A stretch of 64,000 nt of DNA, from NCBI GenBank assembly GCA_965200545.1, contig CBDAUJ010000005.1, positions 25,585-89,584 of the forward strand, read 5' to 3'. Position numbers and translations under genes: made by a program. Every line of letters begins with the position of its first letter. Position 1 is the first letter of the stretch. Positions 41,231-53,656 of this stretch are shown here, in pieces. The notes under the pieces are model-generated. The model had not been told where the DNA came from and searched no databases. It saw only the letters and a program-made list of their open reading frames with translations. Origin of the DNA: Arenicellales bacterium (GTDB lineage: Bacteria > Pseudomonadota > Gammaproteobacteria > Arenicellales > JAJDZL01).

Positions 41231-41576
41231 AGTAATCCTCCGCTGAGTCGCTGCCACTTGATTGTACGCGATGTATCGGCGATAGTGTACTCGCTGCGGG
41301 GACTCGCCATGGAAGTATTCCCGTCATCGGCGCCGCATGACCGGTTTCGCTGAATCAACACCCCTGCCAAAAGCACCGCCCCAACCCGGAAGCATGAGTC
41401 ATAACCGAACTTACGTCAAAAGGTGTGAATGCACGGGCTCTCAGCACCCATGCGTCGGCAGCGGGCATCCTCAAGCTCGCAAGCTCGCCATCAATTGATG
41501 CGCCGCAACCGGCGGCAGATATAATCACGCCTTGAGTTCCGTCCAATAATGTCCTGTCAATCTTCATCTTCAGTCT

Positions 41577-42413
41577 ATGGCGAGTCTTCCACTCAGAATC
41601 AGCGACCCAGTCTATTTTCAATACCAGCATCAACGTATCCGGGGATTTGTCGCTGACATCCAAAAACGAACCGCTTTCATCGTCACAGACCGCGGCCAGG
41701 AGTTCAAAGTTCCCATCGCAATCATTCAGATCGACTCGCAGGCAAAGCCGAAGCGCGTCTATACCGGCAGTCAATTGCGACGCCTTGAATTTGAGACTGG
41801 CGACGAGGTGCAATTCTCAGCGGGCGACGGGCGCCCGCTGACCGGCGCCATCACCGTAATGAATCCAAAACGCGCCCGCATCAAGTGCGGACCCGAGCTG
41901 TGGGATGTTCCCTATGAAAAATTGCAAATGAAATCGCCCGTCAATCGCGGCCGGCAGCGCCAAGCGCAGTTAGACGAGATTGCCCGCATGGCCGATGAAC
42001 TGCTCGCGCGTCACCATTTGCGGCACTGGCGGTTTATTTTTGATGACGCCCGCACCCGCGGCGGCATGTGCTCAAGCCGCGATCAGATTATCAGCGTCTC
42101 CAAACAATTTTGCCTGAGCGGTGCCGCCGCCCAGATCAAAGATACCCTCTTGCATGAAATCGCGCATGCACTGGTGGGCCCAAACCATGGGCATGATGAA
42201 GTCTGGCGCGCCAAAGCGCTCGAAATCGGCTGTACCGCAGAGCGCACACTCAACGCAAAAATCACTCAGCCCCGCTTTATCATGTCATGTCATGTGTGCG
42301 GCTGGCACCAGACGCGTCACAAGCGCCAGCGGCTTGTCTGCAAGCACTGCGCCCGCGAGGTTGAATATGCGCACTACAGCGACGAGTTGTGGGCGCGATG
42401 CAGACGCAGATGA
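41577..42413 (+). CDS. SprT-like zinc metalloprotease with duplicated N-terminal beta-barrel modules
   Basis: HEIAH, H...W, C-terminal CxxC...CxxC. Confidence 0.8.
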   Translation: MASLPLRISDPVYFQYQHQRIRGFVADIQKRTAFIVTDRGQEFKVPIAIIQIDSQAKPKRVYTGSQLRRLEFETGDEVQFSAGDGRPLTGAITVMNPKRARIKCGPELWDVPYEKLQMKSPVNRGRQRQAQLDEIARMADELLARHHLRHWRFIFDDARTRGGMCSSRDQIISVSKQFCLSGAAAQIKDTLLHEIAHALVGPNHGHDEVWRAKALEIGCTAERTLNAKITQPRFIMSCHVCGWHQTRHKRQRLVCKHCAREVEYAHYSDELWARCRRR

Positions 42414-42467
42414 AAATGCTGTCAACGAAGACGCATTGCGCTGTTTTTGCGCTCGCCGGCGGACCTG

Positions 42468-43970
42468 CTAGGCCGCTTTGACTGACCAGTCGAAGTCGCC
42501 TACCGACACCTCAAATTGACGCACCCCTTCAGGGCTTTGAGAAAATCCAAAATTCAGACGCACGCCGTGTATGTCAGCAACCGCGTCTACAAAGCTCAGA
42601 CCCAAGCCGTTGCCCGGCAGCTGCTTGTCCCCGGTCTTGATGCGATAGCCCACAGCGCGGACTTTCTCATGATATTCCGCGGCGATGCCGCGGCCTTGGT
42701 CCGCAACCACAAACCGCAGGCCGCCGGTGTCTGCCACAGCCGCGCAAATTCGGATTTGACTGTTTTGCGGGGAAAACTTGATCGCATTGTCAATCAAGTT
42801 TGACAATGCCTGGCGAATATGGCTTTCGTGAGCGAAAATGGATTTACATTCTTGCGGCTTGCTTACCCAGATTTGAATTGACTTTTCGTCCTGCGCATAA
42901 GGCGAAAATGTCTCTGCCAGATCTTCAAGCAGTGCGACCGGATCCACTGGACCGAACTGTTCTTTGATGCTTCGCTGTCCGGCAGCGGTTCGCATATTTG
43001 CAATTTGCAACGACAGATTGAACGTATCAGAAATTGAGTCAACTTCAGCGATCACCTGCGCATAAACGGCCTTGAGTCGATCCGTGTCGGCGCCCGCTTG
43101 CGATTCAATCGCCTGCGCCTGCTGCTCCAGTCGAATGCGCATGTGATTCAATGGCGTCTTGACGTTGTGCACCGCATGGTCGGTCACTGATCGCACGTCG
43201 CCAATGTGTGTCTGCACCCGATCCAGCATTTCATTGACATTATGGGCGAGCTGATCAAACGCATCATGACTGTCATTGGTCTCCACCCGCTCATCATGTT
43301 TGCCGCTTTTCACTGAGTCGCAAGTCTCGTTGATCTTTTTCAGGCGCTGAGCGACAACCATTGAGAACACAATGGAACCGACAATGGCCAGAGCAATGGT
43401 ACCCAGTCCGCTCCAAAGGGTGATGGCTGGAAATCGCTCCAGCAGATCCACATCACTCATATTCCGTCCAACCAGCAGAATATGCTCTCCCAGCAGCTTG
43501 CCCGCCCGAGCGCTCACTCTTGATGGCTTGCCGCCATCGGACAGTGCTCCAGTGGCCGGGATTTCGAACTCAAAACGACCCTCTCGCTGAAATTCATCCA
43601 TCGCATCCGGTGTGACGATGGGCAGACCGGAAAGATTGCCAGCCAGCCGTCTGCCGTCTGGCGCCGTCAGCAAATAAACAAACGGATCGCCTGGCAATTG
43701 CGAATTGACTTTTTCGTTGACGGCAAGGCGGATGTAGTGCAGCGCGAGGCGCGGATGAGACCTGGCATCAATCAGCGTCTCGCGAAAAAATCTGATGATG
43801 TCTTCGGTTTCCCGGTCAACCTGAGCAACGCGTGACTGATAGGACGATTGATGGAAATAGAATAATACTGCAAAAATCGAAATGCAGAAGATCGTGGCAT
43901 AAATCGTTGCCAGAACAAATGAATACGACCGGACATAGCTTTTCAGATTAAACCGGCGCGGCTGCATCAC
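42468..43970 (-). CDS. Membrane sensor histidine kinase (HAMP, HisKA, HATPase)
   Basis: Two TM segments, H-box HNVKTPL, NLIDNAIKF, DQGRGI and GNGLGL. Confidence 0.9.
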   Translation of the reverse strand: MMQPRRFNLKSYVRSYSFVLATIYATIFCISIFAVLFYFHQSSYQSRVAQVDRETEDIIRFFRETLIDARSHPRLALHYIRLAVNEKVNSQLPGDPFVYLLTAPDGRRLAGNLSGLPIVTPDAMDEFQREGRFEFEIPATGALSDGGKPSRVSARAGKLLGEHILLVGRNMSDVDLLERFPAITLWSGLGTIALAIVGSIVFSMVVAQRLKKINETCDSVKSGKHDERVETNDSHDAFDQLAHNVNEMLDRVQTHIGDVRSVTDHAVHNVKTPLNHMRIRLEQQAQAIESQAGADTDRLKAVYAQVIAEVDSISDTFNLSLQIANMRTAAGQRSIKEQFGPVDPVALLEDLAETFSPYAQDEKSIQIWVSKPQECKSIFAHESHIRQALSNLIDNAIKFSPQNSQIRICAAVADTGGLRFVVADQGRGIAAEYHEKVRAVGYRIKTGDKQLPGNGLGLSFVDAVADIHGVRLNFGFSQSPEGVRQFEVSVGDFDWSVKAA

Positions 43971-44005
43971 CGTAATTCCACAAACCCTGAACGGCGACTG
44001 TCCAG

Positions 44006-44713
44006 CTAGTGCTCGCCAGCGCGGCTGATGTCCACCAGCTGGTAACCTTTGTGAACCGTTCGAATCATTTCCAGATTCTTCTTGCCTTGTGCAAACGGCT
44101 TATCGACTTTCGCTCGCAGTCGGGAAATATGGGATTCAATCACATTGCCCTCAGCATTGAAATCGCGCTTCCAGATTTTTTGCTGCAGCATTCGTTTCGT
44201 GACCACCTCGCCGCTGCTGCGCATCAGCACTTCGAGAATCTGGAATTGTTTCGACTCGAGCACAATCCTCTCATCATTGCGAGTCACCTCGCGCTTGATG
44301 CAATCGAGCGTGAGGTTGCCGACCTTGAGCACTGCGGCGGTCATGCTGGCATGGGCGCGCCGATAAAGCGCCTTGACGCGGGCATTGAGTTCAGCGATAT
44401 CGACTGGCTTGGTGAGGTAGTCGTCCACTTCGGCCTGATCGAAGCCCTCAAGCTTGTATTCGATATCCCCATAATTGGTCAGAATCAGAACCGGGGTTGT
44501 ATCGCCGGCATTGCGAAGCGCCCGCACCAGCTTGAGTCCGTTGAGTTTCGGCAGCTCAATATCGACAATCAGCACATCGAAACGCTCATCAGACGCCAAT
44601 TCCAGTCCATCCTGCCCATTGTCGGCGCACAGCACCAGATTGCCCGCCTGCGACAGTCCGTCAACCAAAAAATTCCTGACCTCATCGTCATCTTCAATAA
44701 TCAGGATGTCCAT
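44006..44713 (-). CDS. OmpR-family response regulator
   Basis: IIEDD, DIELP..NG, DDYLTKP; wHTH with HISRLR.K. Confidence 0.93.
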   Translation of the reverse strand: MDILIIEDDDEVRNFLVDGLSQAGNLVLCADNGQDGLELASDERFDVLIVDIELPKLNGLKLVRALRNAGDTTPVLILTNYGDIEYKLEGFDQAEVDDYLTKPVDIAELNARVKALYRRAHASMTAAVLKVGNLTLDCIKREVTRNDERIVLESKQFQILEVLMRSSGEVVTKRMLQQKIWKRDFNAEGNVIESHISRLRAKVDKPFAQGKKNLEMIRTVHKGYQLVDISRAGEH

Positions 44714-44828
44714 TCGCTTGCCTCTTTGATCATGATCGGCCGCAGTCCGTCATTGCAGCGATCAATGGTACAGTACCCCGGTTGCGCTTTTCTTGCCGAT
44801 GGCGCATGCCAAGACAATGGCGCTGTCA

Positions 44829-44873
44829 GAAAAACAAAAAAAAGCCGGAAATGCCGCATTGCACTTCCGGCTT
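44829..44873 (-). terminator. Rho-independent terminator after the degP-like gene
   Basis: Stem aagccggaa / ttccggctt followed by a T-run on the minus strand. Confidence 0.7.
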
Positions 44874-44908
44874 GTTTCACCGGGACAAAGTGACTCAATC
44901 CATAGCCG

Positions 44909-46495
44909 TCAAGACAGATTCACCACCGAGAAAAAACTTGACCCGTCACGCTCAATCAGAATCAGCACCGAATCATCCTCGCCGGCGGGCAGCTCATCGA
45001 GAATCGCGCGCACTTCGGACGTGGTCTTGACACTCTGGCGATTGATTGACTTGATCACATCGCCGTCGCGCAACTGCGCATCAGCGGCTGGACTGCCGGG
45101 CTGAACCTGCAGGATCAGCAAACCCTCGACACTTTCGTCGATGCCATAGGCGGATCGTGTTTCCTGATCCAGCTCGGCAATTGACACGCCCAGATTCGGG
45201 GGATTGCTCGCCTGCGAATCAAGTGCCGCAACTTGCGTGGGCTCATCGCCCGTTTGCAGCGGCGCAATGGTCGTTCGCAACGTGGCAAAGCCGCCGTCTC
45301 GAAATACCTTGATCGCAACATCGGTCCCTTGGACTGTGTTTTTGACCTGTCTGGAAAGCTCAATCACACTCGGGACACGATTGCTATCGAATTCCACGAT
45401 CACATCGCCGGGCTGGATGCCGGCCGCTTCAGCGGGTGACGATGCCGTGACATCGGCAACCAATGCTCCGTACTCGCCATCATCGCCTTTCGGCAGCTCC
45501 AAAGCCTCCGCGATTTCGTCCGTCACCGGCTGAATCAACACGCCAAGCCACCCGCGGTCAATCCGCCCGTCACTGATCAGACGGAATGCAATGTCTTGCG
45601 CCACGCTGGAAGGGATGGCAAACGAGATGCCGCTGTTGAAGCCGGACTGGGAAAAAATCATGGTGTTGATGCCGATCACTTCGCCGCTGGTGTCAAACAG
45701 CGGGCCGCCGGAGTTGCCTTTGTTGATCGCAACATCGCTTTGCAGCAGGGGAACATTTGGGGTGCCGCCGAGAAGATCCCGTCCTTTGGCAGAAATTATG
45801 CCCAGTGAAACCGACTTCGACAGCCCAAACGGCGTGCCGATGGCCAAAGCATAGTCACCGACACGCACACTTTCCGAATCTGCAAAGCTGACATAGGAAA
45901 GCTCGCTTTCGACGGGTATTTTCAACACAGCCAGATCGGTATCCTGATCGACGCCGACCACTTGCGCATCGTATTCAGAACCGTCGTTCATCGTAATTGA
46001 AATCCGGTCGGCATCTTCGACAACGTGATAGTTGGTCACGATGTAACCGTTCGGATCAATAACCACGCCTGAACCGACGCTGACTGGACGCTGACTCATT
46101 CTCGGCGCTTCCCCGCGGCGCTGTTCGGGCGTATTGAAATGATCTTTCCATTCGGGTCCGAAAAAATATTCGAATGGATTGACACCGTTCGGCCAATTGT
46201 TCGGCCCGCCCTCGCGCAACGAGAAGTTTCCGCCTGAAGTCAGTGTTTTTCGAAATATTTCGACTGAGACCACAGTCGGCGATACTGCATCCACAATTTC
46301 AGCAAAGCCGCCGCTTGCCACTTGCGGGGCAATACTTTCGCTGACCGGCTGCTTGCCGGATTCAGCGAAAACGGCGACATCACTGCGAAACACGGCCGCA
46401 GCGGCAAAAAGCAATCCAGCGCCAACAACAGCGAGCCCGATCATCAGCGTGCGCGGTTGCCGCAAAGATTGCATTCCAGTTGACATACTTCTCAT
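44909..46495 (-). CDS. DegP/DegQ (Do family) serine protease with two PDZ domains
   Basis: GSGV, TNYHV, DLAVLK and GNSGGPL; GGAGG RBS before ATG 46495. Confidence 0.93.
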   Translation of the reverse strand: MRSMSTGMQSLRQPRTLMIGLAVVGAGLLFAAAAVFRSDVAVFAESGKQPVSESIAPQVASGGFAEIVDAVSPTVVSVEIFRKTLTSGGNFSLREGGPNNWPNGVNPFEYFFGPEWKDHFNTPEQRRGEAPRMSQRPVSVGSGVVIDPNGYIVTNYHVVEDADRISITMNDGSEYDAQVVGVDQDTDLAVLKIPVESELSYVSFADSESVRVGDYALAIGTPFGLSKSVSLGIISAKGRDLLGGTPNVPLLQSDVAINKGNSGGPLFDTSGEVIGINTMIFSQSGFNSGISFAIPSSVAQDIAFRLISDGRIDRGWLGVLIQPVTDEIAEALELPKGDDGEYGALVADVTASSPAEAAGIQPGDVIVEFDSNRVPSVIELSRQVKNTVQGTDVAIKVFRDGGFATLRTTIAPLQTGDEPTQVAALDSQASNPPNLGVSIAELDQETRSAYGIDESVEGLLILQVQPGSPAADAQLRDGDVIKSINRQSVKTTSEVRAILDELPAGEDDSVLILIERDGSSFFSVVNLS

Positions 46496-47033
46496 CGTAT
46501 ATACCTCCATTGGGATAGAAAAGTCAATACGTCATGAATCTGCGCATCATTCTATTTGCCTGCTCAGGATGAAAAGGTTGAAAAAAATTAATTCGTCCCA
46601 GCGCCTGCACTGACGGTCTGCGGACGCTGAGCCGCAGCAATTTCAATGAAGTTCAGTTGCTGATCAAACAGCGGTCCCGCCTCAAATTGCCATCGCCGCG
46701 CTGCTCGCGAGTATCCGCTGATTTTCAGCCGACCGCCGGACCTGCTTGGGACAGGATGATTTTCAGGCGCCCGAAACACCTGAAGCGGGCGGCACGATGG
46801 CGATTTTCGGAATGTAAACATCGGTTTGTGTCATGCATATTGACCATCGGCCTGCGGCCGCGCCGCAGTGCAGGTTTTTACGGCAGCTGCATTTTCGGAG
46901 ATATTCTCAGCTTGCAGTCTATCCACTGACAGAAACATCTCATTGATAACAAAAACAAAGATGTATAATATGCGCCAATTCCTTTTCCTTATGCACCGCC
47001 GGTCAAGACGGCGGCGGCTATCGTTACAGTGTT

Positions 47034-50000
47034 ATGACGCATATTTTGCAACGCAAAAATCAATACCAGGGCCTCTGCAGCCCGCGCTTTGAGCGCGGCA
47101 GCTGCGGCTTTGGACTCATTGCGCATATGGATGGCTTCCCATCCAGCTGGCTGGTCAAGACCGCCATTGAGTCGCTCTGCAATCTGACGCACCGCGGCGC
47201 CATCGCTTCCGACGGCAAGACCGGCGACGGCTGCGGCATCTTGATTCGAATCCCCGATCAGTTTCTGCGCGCCCAAGCAACCGCGAATGAGATTGAGCTG
47301 GCCGGGAAGTTTGCGGTCGGCATGATTTTTCTCAGCCAGAATACAGCCAAAGCCGCACACACTCGCCGCGTCATTGAGTCTGCGGTGCAGCAAAGGAAGC
47401 TAGCCGTCGCCGGCTGGCGTCCAGTACCGACCGCAGACGATGCGCTGGGCGAAAGCGCGCTGCAAACCAAACCTAGAATCGAGCAAATCTTCGTCAATGC
47501 GCCGGCAGGACTGTCCACACAGCAGTTTGAGCTGCGGCTGTTCGCCGCCCGCAGAAGCGCCGAGCAGCAGCTGGCCGAGGAGGATCCGGACTTTTACATC
47601 TGCAGCCTGTCTTCGAAGATCATCGTCTACAAAGGCCTTTTCATGCCGAATAACCTCGTTCGTTTTTTCCCAGAACTGGGGGATTCGAGCCTCGAATCGT
47701 CACTGGCCATTTTCCATCAGCGTTTTTCCACCAATACGGCGCCGACCTGGAGGCTTGCGCAGCCATTTCGGATGCTGGCGCACAACGGCGAGATCAACAC
47801 CATTCAGGCCAATCGCAATTGGGCCATCGCCCGCAGCGGACAGTTTGCTGACTCGCTGCACGAGAATGTCGAAGAGCTGCTGCCGCTGGTCGATTTCGAT
47901 TCATCCGATTCGGCCAGTCTGGACAATATGCTGGATTTCTTTGTCAGCGGCGGCATGGACATTTTTCGCGCCATGCAGATACTGGTTCCGCCGGCATGGC
48001 AGAATGTGGACACCATTGACCCCAACCTGCGCGCATTTCATGCGTTCAACTCGCTGCACTCCGAGCCTTGGGACGGGCCGGCCGGCATCGTCCTGACCGA
48101 TGGGCGACATGCGGCCTGCGTCATGGACCGCAACGGCCTGCGTCCCGCCCGCTACGTCATTACCGCAGACCGGCACATCACACTGTGCACCGAGATCGGC
48201 GTGTACAGCTACCGCGAAGCGGATGTCATCGCCAAAGGCCGGCTGAAGCCGGGTGAGATGATTGCGGCCGATACCAAGACCGGCGAGCTCCTGAAGCCGG
48301 AAGATATCAACAGTCAGCTCAAGCGGCGCCAGCCGTACAACAAATGGCTGCAGCAAGGCCAGCGGCGCATCTATACCCGACTGCTCAACGATATCGTCAG
48401 CAGCAAAAAACTCAATCCGTTTGAGCTGGCCATCTACAAGAAACAATTCAACGTCTCGTTCGAAGAGCAGGAGCAGATTATTCGAGTGCTCGCGCAGATG
48501 GGGCAGGAAGCCGTCGGCTCCATGGGCGATGACACGCCCATGCCGGTGCTGTCCGAGACGCAGCGCTCGCTGTACGATTATTTCCGTCAGCAGTTCGCGC
48601 AAGTCACCAATCCGCCAATCGACCCGCTTCGAGAAAAGATTGTGATGTCGCTTGAGACCACCATGGGCCGCTCGTTTGGACTGTTCGAAGAAAATCCCGA
48701 GCATGCCAAACGCTTGGTGATCGGGTCGCCAGTGCTTTCCGGCCGCAAATTCTATACCTTGATGGAACAGGATGATCCCGACTACGCGGTGCATAAGATC
48801 GATCTCAACTTCGCCCGCGACGAAGGGCTGCGCAATGCCATCGAGCGGGTCTGCAATGAGGCCGTTGAGGCGGTGCAGGCTGGACATGCAATCATCGTGC
48901 TGTCCGACCGCGACATTGCCAAAGAGAAATTGCCGATGCATGCGGCGCTGGTCACAGGCGCCGTGCATCATCGACTGATTGCCGAGGGCCTGCGCTGCGA
49001 CGCCAATCTGATTGTTGAGACGGCGACCGCGCGCGACCCGCACCATTTTGCGGTCCTCATCGGTTACGGCGCAACCGCAATCTACCCGTATCTGTGCTAT
49101 GCGATCATTCGCGATATCATCAAGACTGAAAGCGCCCGCGGCGATTCAATGAAAGCGTTGCGAACCTATCGATCAGGGATCAAGAAAGGCCTGTTCAAGA
49201 TCATGTCGAAAATGGGCATCTCGACCGTCACCAGCTACCGCGGCGCCCAGCTGTTTGAGACGATCGGCTTGCACTCTGAAGTGACTGACCTTTGCTTCCG
49301 CGGCACCGTATCGCGCATCGAAGGCACAAATTTTGAAGATCTCGAAGCCGATTTGACTGCATTGGCGGATGCCGCCTGGGACCCGCGCCAGGCAGTCAGT
49401 CACGGCGGTATCCTCAAATATTCCACGGACGGCGAATACCATGCGTTTCATCCGGACGTAGTTCATGCCCTGCACGCGGCCGTCGAGAGCGGTGCGCAGC
49501 AAGACTACAGAACGTTCGCCGAACTGGTCAATGGCCGTCCGCCGACCGTGCTGCGCGACTTGCTGAAATTCGCAGCTCACAACCGTTCGCCGATTCCGCT
49601 GGATGAAGTGGAACCTGCCAGCGCAATCCTGTCGCGCTTTGACAGCGCCGCAATGTCGCTGGGCGCACTGTCGCCCGAAGCGCATGAAACACTCGCTGAA
49701 GCGATGAATGAACTCGGCGGACGATCCAATTCCGGCGAGGGCGGAGAGCATCCAGACCGCTATGGCACCATCCGCAGCTCGAAAATCAAGCAGGTCGCAT
49801 CCGGCCGCTTCGGGGTAACGCCGCATTATCTGGTGAACGCGCAAGTGCTGCAGATCAAAATCGCGCAGGGCGCCAAGCCCGGCGAGGGCGGACAGCTGCC
49901 CGGGCACAAAGTCAACGAAATGATCGCGTCGCTGCGTTTCTCTTCGCCCGGTGTCGCGCTCATCTCACCGCCGCCGCATCACGACATTTACTCGATTGAG

Positions 50001-51503
50001 GATTTGGCGCAGCTGATTTTCGACTTGAAACAGGTCAATCCGCAGGCGCTCGTATCGGTCAAGCTCGTTTCCGAGGCAGGCGTCGGCACAATTGCCGCCG
50101 GCGTCGCCAAAGCCTACGCCGACCTGATTACCGTCGCGGGCTACGATGGCGGGACTGGCGCGAGTCCGCTGACCTCGGTGAAGTATGCGGGCAGTCCCTG
50201 GGAGCTGGGGCTCGCAGAAACACAGCAGACACTGCGCATGAACGGACTTCGCCAACGCGTCCGGCTGCAGATCGACGGCGGCCTCAAGACTGGGCTTGAT
50301 GTTGTCAAAGCCGCCCTGCTCGGTGCCGATTCTTTCGGTTTCGGAACGGTGCCCATGCTGGCGATGGGGTGCAAATACCTGCGTGTCTGCCATCTCAACA
50401 ACTGTGCAACCGGTGTCGCCACGCAAAATGTTGAGCTGCGCAAAAAACACTACAAGGGGAACAAGGACAAAGTGGTGAATTATTTTCGCTTTGTCGCAGC
50501 AGAGGTGCGCGAGATCTTGGCACAGCTTGGCGCGCGCACCTTGGATGATATCATCGGACATGTCGAGTTCCTCGAAGCGCAACCCGGGACGACCGCAAGG
50601 CAGCAGCGTCTGGACTTGAGTCCTTTGCTGTCAGATGCGGGCGTAGCCGATGAGGTGCCGCGTCGCTGCCAGGCGGAACGCAATCAGCCATGGGACCAAG
50701 GGGAGCTGGCGGCACAGATGATTGCGGATGCGAAAAGTGCCATCGAGGCGCGCAGTGACGCTGAATTCAGCTATCCGATTCGCAATATTCACCGCTCGAT
50801 CGGGGCGCGGCTGTCGGGGGAAATTGCCCGGGTCAGCGTGCAGCCCGACTTTCGCATCCGCATGTATTTCAAAGGCATCGCCGGCCAGAGTTTTGGCGTG
50901 TGGAATGCAGCCGGACTTCATCTGCACCTCGAGGGTGATGCCAACGACTATGTCGGCAAAGGCATGGCGGGCGGCAAAATCGTTCTCAAGCCCGCTGTCG
51001 ACAGCACACTGGATTCGCGCTATACGCCGATTGCCGGCAATACATGCCTGTACGGCGCCACCGGCGGCAAATTCTTCGCCGCCGGCACTGTCGGCGAGCG
51101 GTTTGCGGTGCGCAATTCAGGTGCAACAGCCGTCATGGAAGGCTGCGGCGACCACGGCTGCGAATACATGACCGGCGGGGTCATCCTTTCGCTGGGCCGA
51201 ACGGGCGTGAATTTCGGTGCCGGCATGACTGGCGGAATCGCTTTCGTGCTGGATCTGGAGCGTATTTTCGTGGATTGCTACAATCATGAGCTGATCGACA
51301 TCCACCGTCTGACACACGAAGATATGGAACCGCACTTGAGCTACCTGCATGAGCTGATTGACGAGCATGTCGCCGAGACGCAAAGTCGCTGGGGACGCGA
51401 AGTGAGTCGTGACTTTATCGAATACGTCGGCAAATTTTGGCTTGTCATCCCCAAAGCGGCTGACATCAAGATGCTCATGGAAACGCTGCGTGAAGCGGCT
51501 TGA
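47034..51503 (+). CDS. gltB: Glutamate synthase large subunit
   Basis: CGFG, HQRFSTNT, EPWDGPA, QGAKPGEGGQLPG and the 3Fe-4S cysteines. Confidence 0.98.
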   Translation: MTHILQRKNQYQGLCSPRFERGSCGFGLIAHMDGFPSSWLVKTAIESLCNLTHRGAIASDGKTGDGCGILIRIPDQFLRAQATANEIELAGKFAVGMIFLSQNTAKAAHTRRVIESAVQQRKLAVAGWRPVPTADDALGESALQTKPRIEQIFVNAPAGLSTQQFELRLFAARRSAEQQLAEEDPDFYICSLSSKIIVYKGLFMPNNLVRFFPELGDSSLESSLAIFHQRFSTNTAPTWRLAQPFRMLAHNGEINTIQANRNWAIARSGQFADSLHENVEELLPLVDFDSSDSASLDNMLDFFVSGGMDIFRAMQILVPPAWQNVDTIDPNLRAFHAFNSLHSEPWDGPAGIVLTDGRHAACVMDRNGLRPARYVITADRHITLCTEIGVYSYREADVIAKGRLKPGEMIAADTKTGELLKPEDINSQLKRRQPYNKWLQQGQRRIYTRLLNDIVSSKKLNPFELAIYKKQFNVSFEEQEQIIRVLAQMGQEAVGSMGDDTPMPVLSETQRSLYDYFRQQFAQVTNPPIDPLREKIVMSLETTMGRSFGLFEENPEHAKRLVIGSPVLSGRKFYTLMEQDDPDYAVHKIDLNFARDEGLRNAIERVCNEAVEAVQAGHAIIVLSDRDIAKEKLPMHAALVTGAVHHRLIAEGLRCDANLIVETATARDPHHFAVLIGYGATAIYPYLCYAIIRDIIKTESARGDSMKALRTYRSGIKKGLFKIMSKMGISTVTSYRGAQLFETIGLHSEVTDLCFRGTVSRIEGTNFEDLEADLTALADAAWDPRQAVSHGGILKYSTDGEYHAFHPDVVHALHAAVESGAQQDYRTFAELVNGRPPTVLRDLLKFAAHNRSPIPLDEVEPASAILSRFDSAAMSLGALSPEAHETLAEAMNELGGRSNSGEGGEHPDRYGTIRSSKIKQVASGRFGVTPHYLVNAQVLQIKIAQGAKPGEGGQLPGHKVNEMIASLRFSSPGVALISPPPHHDIYSIEDLAQLIFDLKQVNPQALVSVKLVSEAGVGTIAAGVAKAYADLITVAGYDGGTGASPLTSVKYAGSPWELGLAETQQTLRMNGLRQRVRLQIDGGLKTGLDVVKAALLGADSFGFGTVPMLAMGCKYLRVCHLNNCATGVATQNVELRKKHYKGNKDKVVNYFRFVAAEVREILAQLGARTLDDIIGHVEFLEAQPGTTARQQRLDLSPLLSDAGVADEVPRRCQAERNQPWDQGELAAQMIADAKSAIEARSDAEFSYPIRNIHRSIGARLSGEIARVSVQPDFRIRMYFKGIAGQSFGVWNAAGLHLHLEGDANDYVGKGMAGGKIVLKPAVDSTLDSRYTPIAGNTCLYGATGGKFFAAGTVGERFAVRNSGATAVMEGCGDHGCEYMTGGVILSLGRTGVNFGAGMTGGIAFVLDLERIFVDCYNHELIDIHRLTHEDMEPHLSYLHELIDEHVAETQSRWGREVSRDFIEYVGKFWLVIPKAADIKMLMETLREAA

Positions 51504-52931
<1,428 letters not shown>

Positions 52932-52950
52932 ACGCAAAGAGCCATAGCCT

Positions 52951-53655
52951 GTGACCCCAGCGCCCCTTGATGAGCGACTGATTGTTGCCCTTGATTGCCC
53001 CAGTCAGGCTGACGCGTTGAATCTAGTCGATCGACTGCATGGGCACGTCAAGTTCTTTAAAGTTGGTCTGGAGTTATTTTGCGCGGGTGAAGGCATTGCC
53101 TTGATCGACACACTCGCACGGCGAAATTGCAAAATCTTTGCAGATTTCAAACTGATGGACATTCCCGCGACTGTCAGCCGCGCGGTACAGAATTTATCGC
53201 ATCTTGACATTCATTTCTTGACGGTTCACGCCTACCCCGGAGTCATGGAAGCTGCAGTAGAGGCAGCCCCGGACATTGCAATCCTGGCGGTCACTGTATT
53301 GACCAGTATGAACGATGACGATTTGCGGCAAGCTGGGATTGCCGGCGCTGTCAGCGAAACCGCCAGGCATCGCTCGCAGGCTGCGCTGCGCGCCGGCTGT
53401 GCCGGCGTAATCTGCTCCGGGCGCGAAGCAGCCTCTATTCGACATGCAACCGCCGATGATTTTCTGGTTGTTGCACCGGGCATTCGCAGCGGCAACCGCG
53501 GCTGCGACGACCAGAAACGCACCGTCACCGTTGCACAAGCATTCCGCAATGGTGCGGATTACATCGTCGTCGGGCGACCGATCCGAGATGCGCACTGTCC
53601 TGCTGAAGCCGCCGCAAAATATCAGTCTGAAATTGCGCGATCTGCTGGACCTTGA
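52951..53655 (+). CDS. pyrF: Orotidine-5'-phosphate decarboxylase
   Basis: IVALD, KVGLEL, DFKLMDIPAT, VTVLTS and VVGRPI. Confidence 0.96.
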   Translation: MTPAPLDERLIVALDCPSQADALNLVDRLHGHVKFFKVGLELFCAGEGIALIDTLARRNCKIFADFKLMDIPATVSRAVQNLSHLDIHFLTVHAYPGVMEAAVEAAPDIAILAVTVLTSMNDDDLRQAGIAGAVSETARHRSQAALRAGCAGVICSGREAASIRHATADDFLVVAPGIRSGNRGCDDQKRTVTVAQAFRNGADYIVVGRPIRDAHCPAEAAAKYQSEIARSAGP

Positions 53656-53656
53656 T

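Noticed and set aside
53444-53656. Extended hemE start (424 aa)
   Set aside because: It lies inside pyrF; HemE similarity begins after the pyrF stop.
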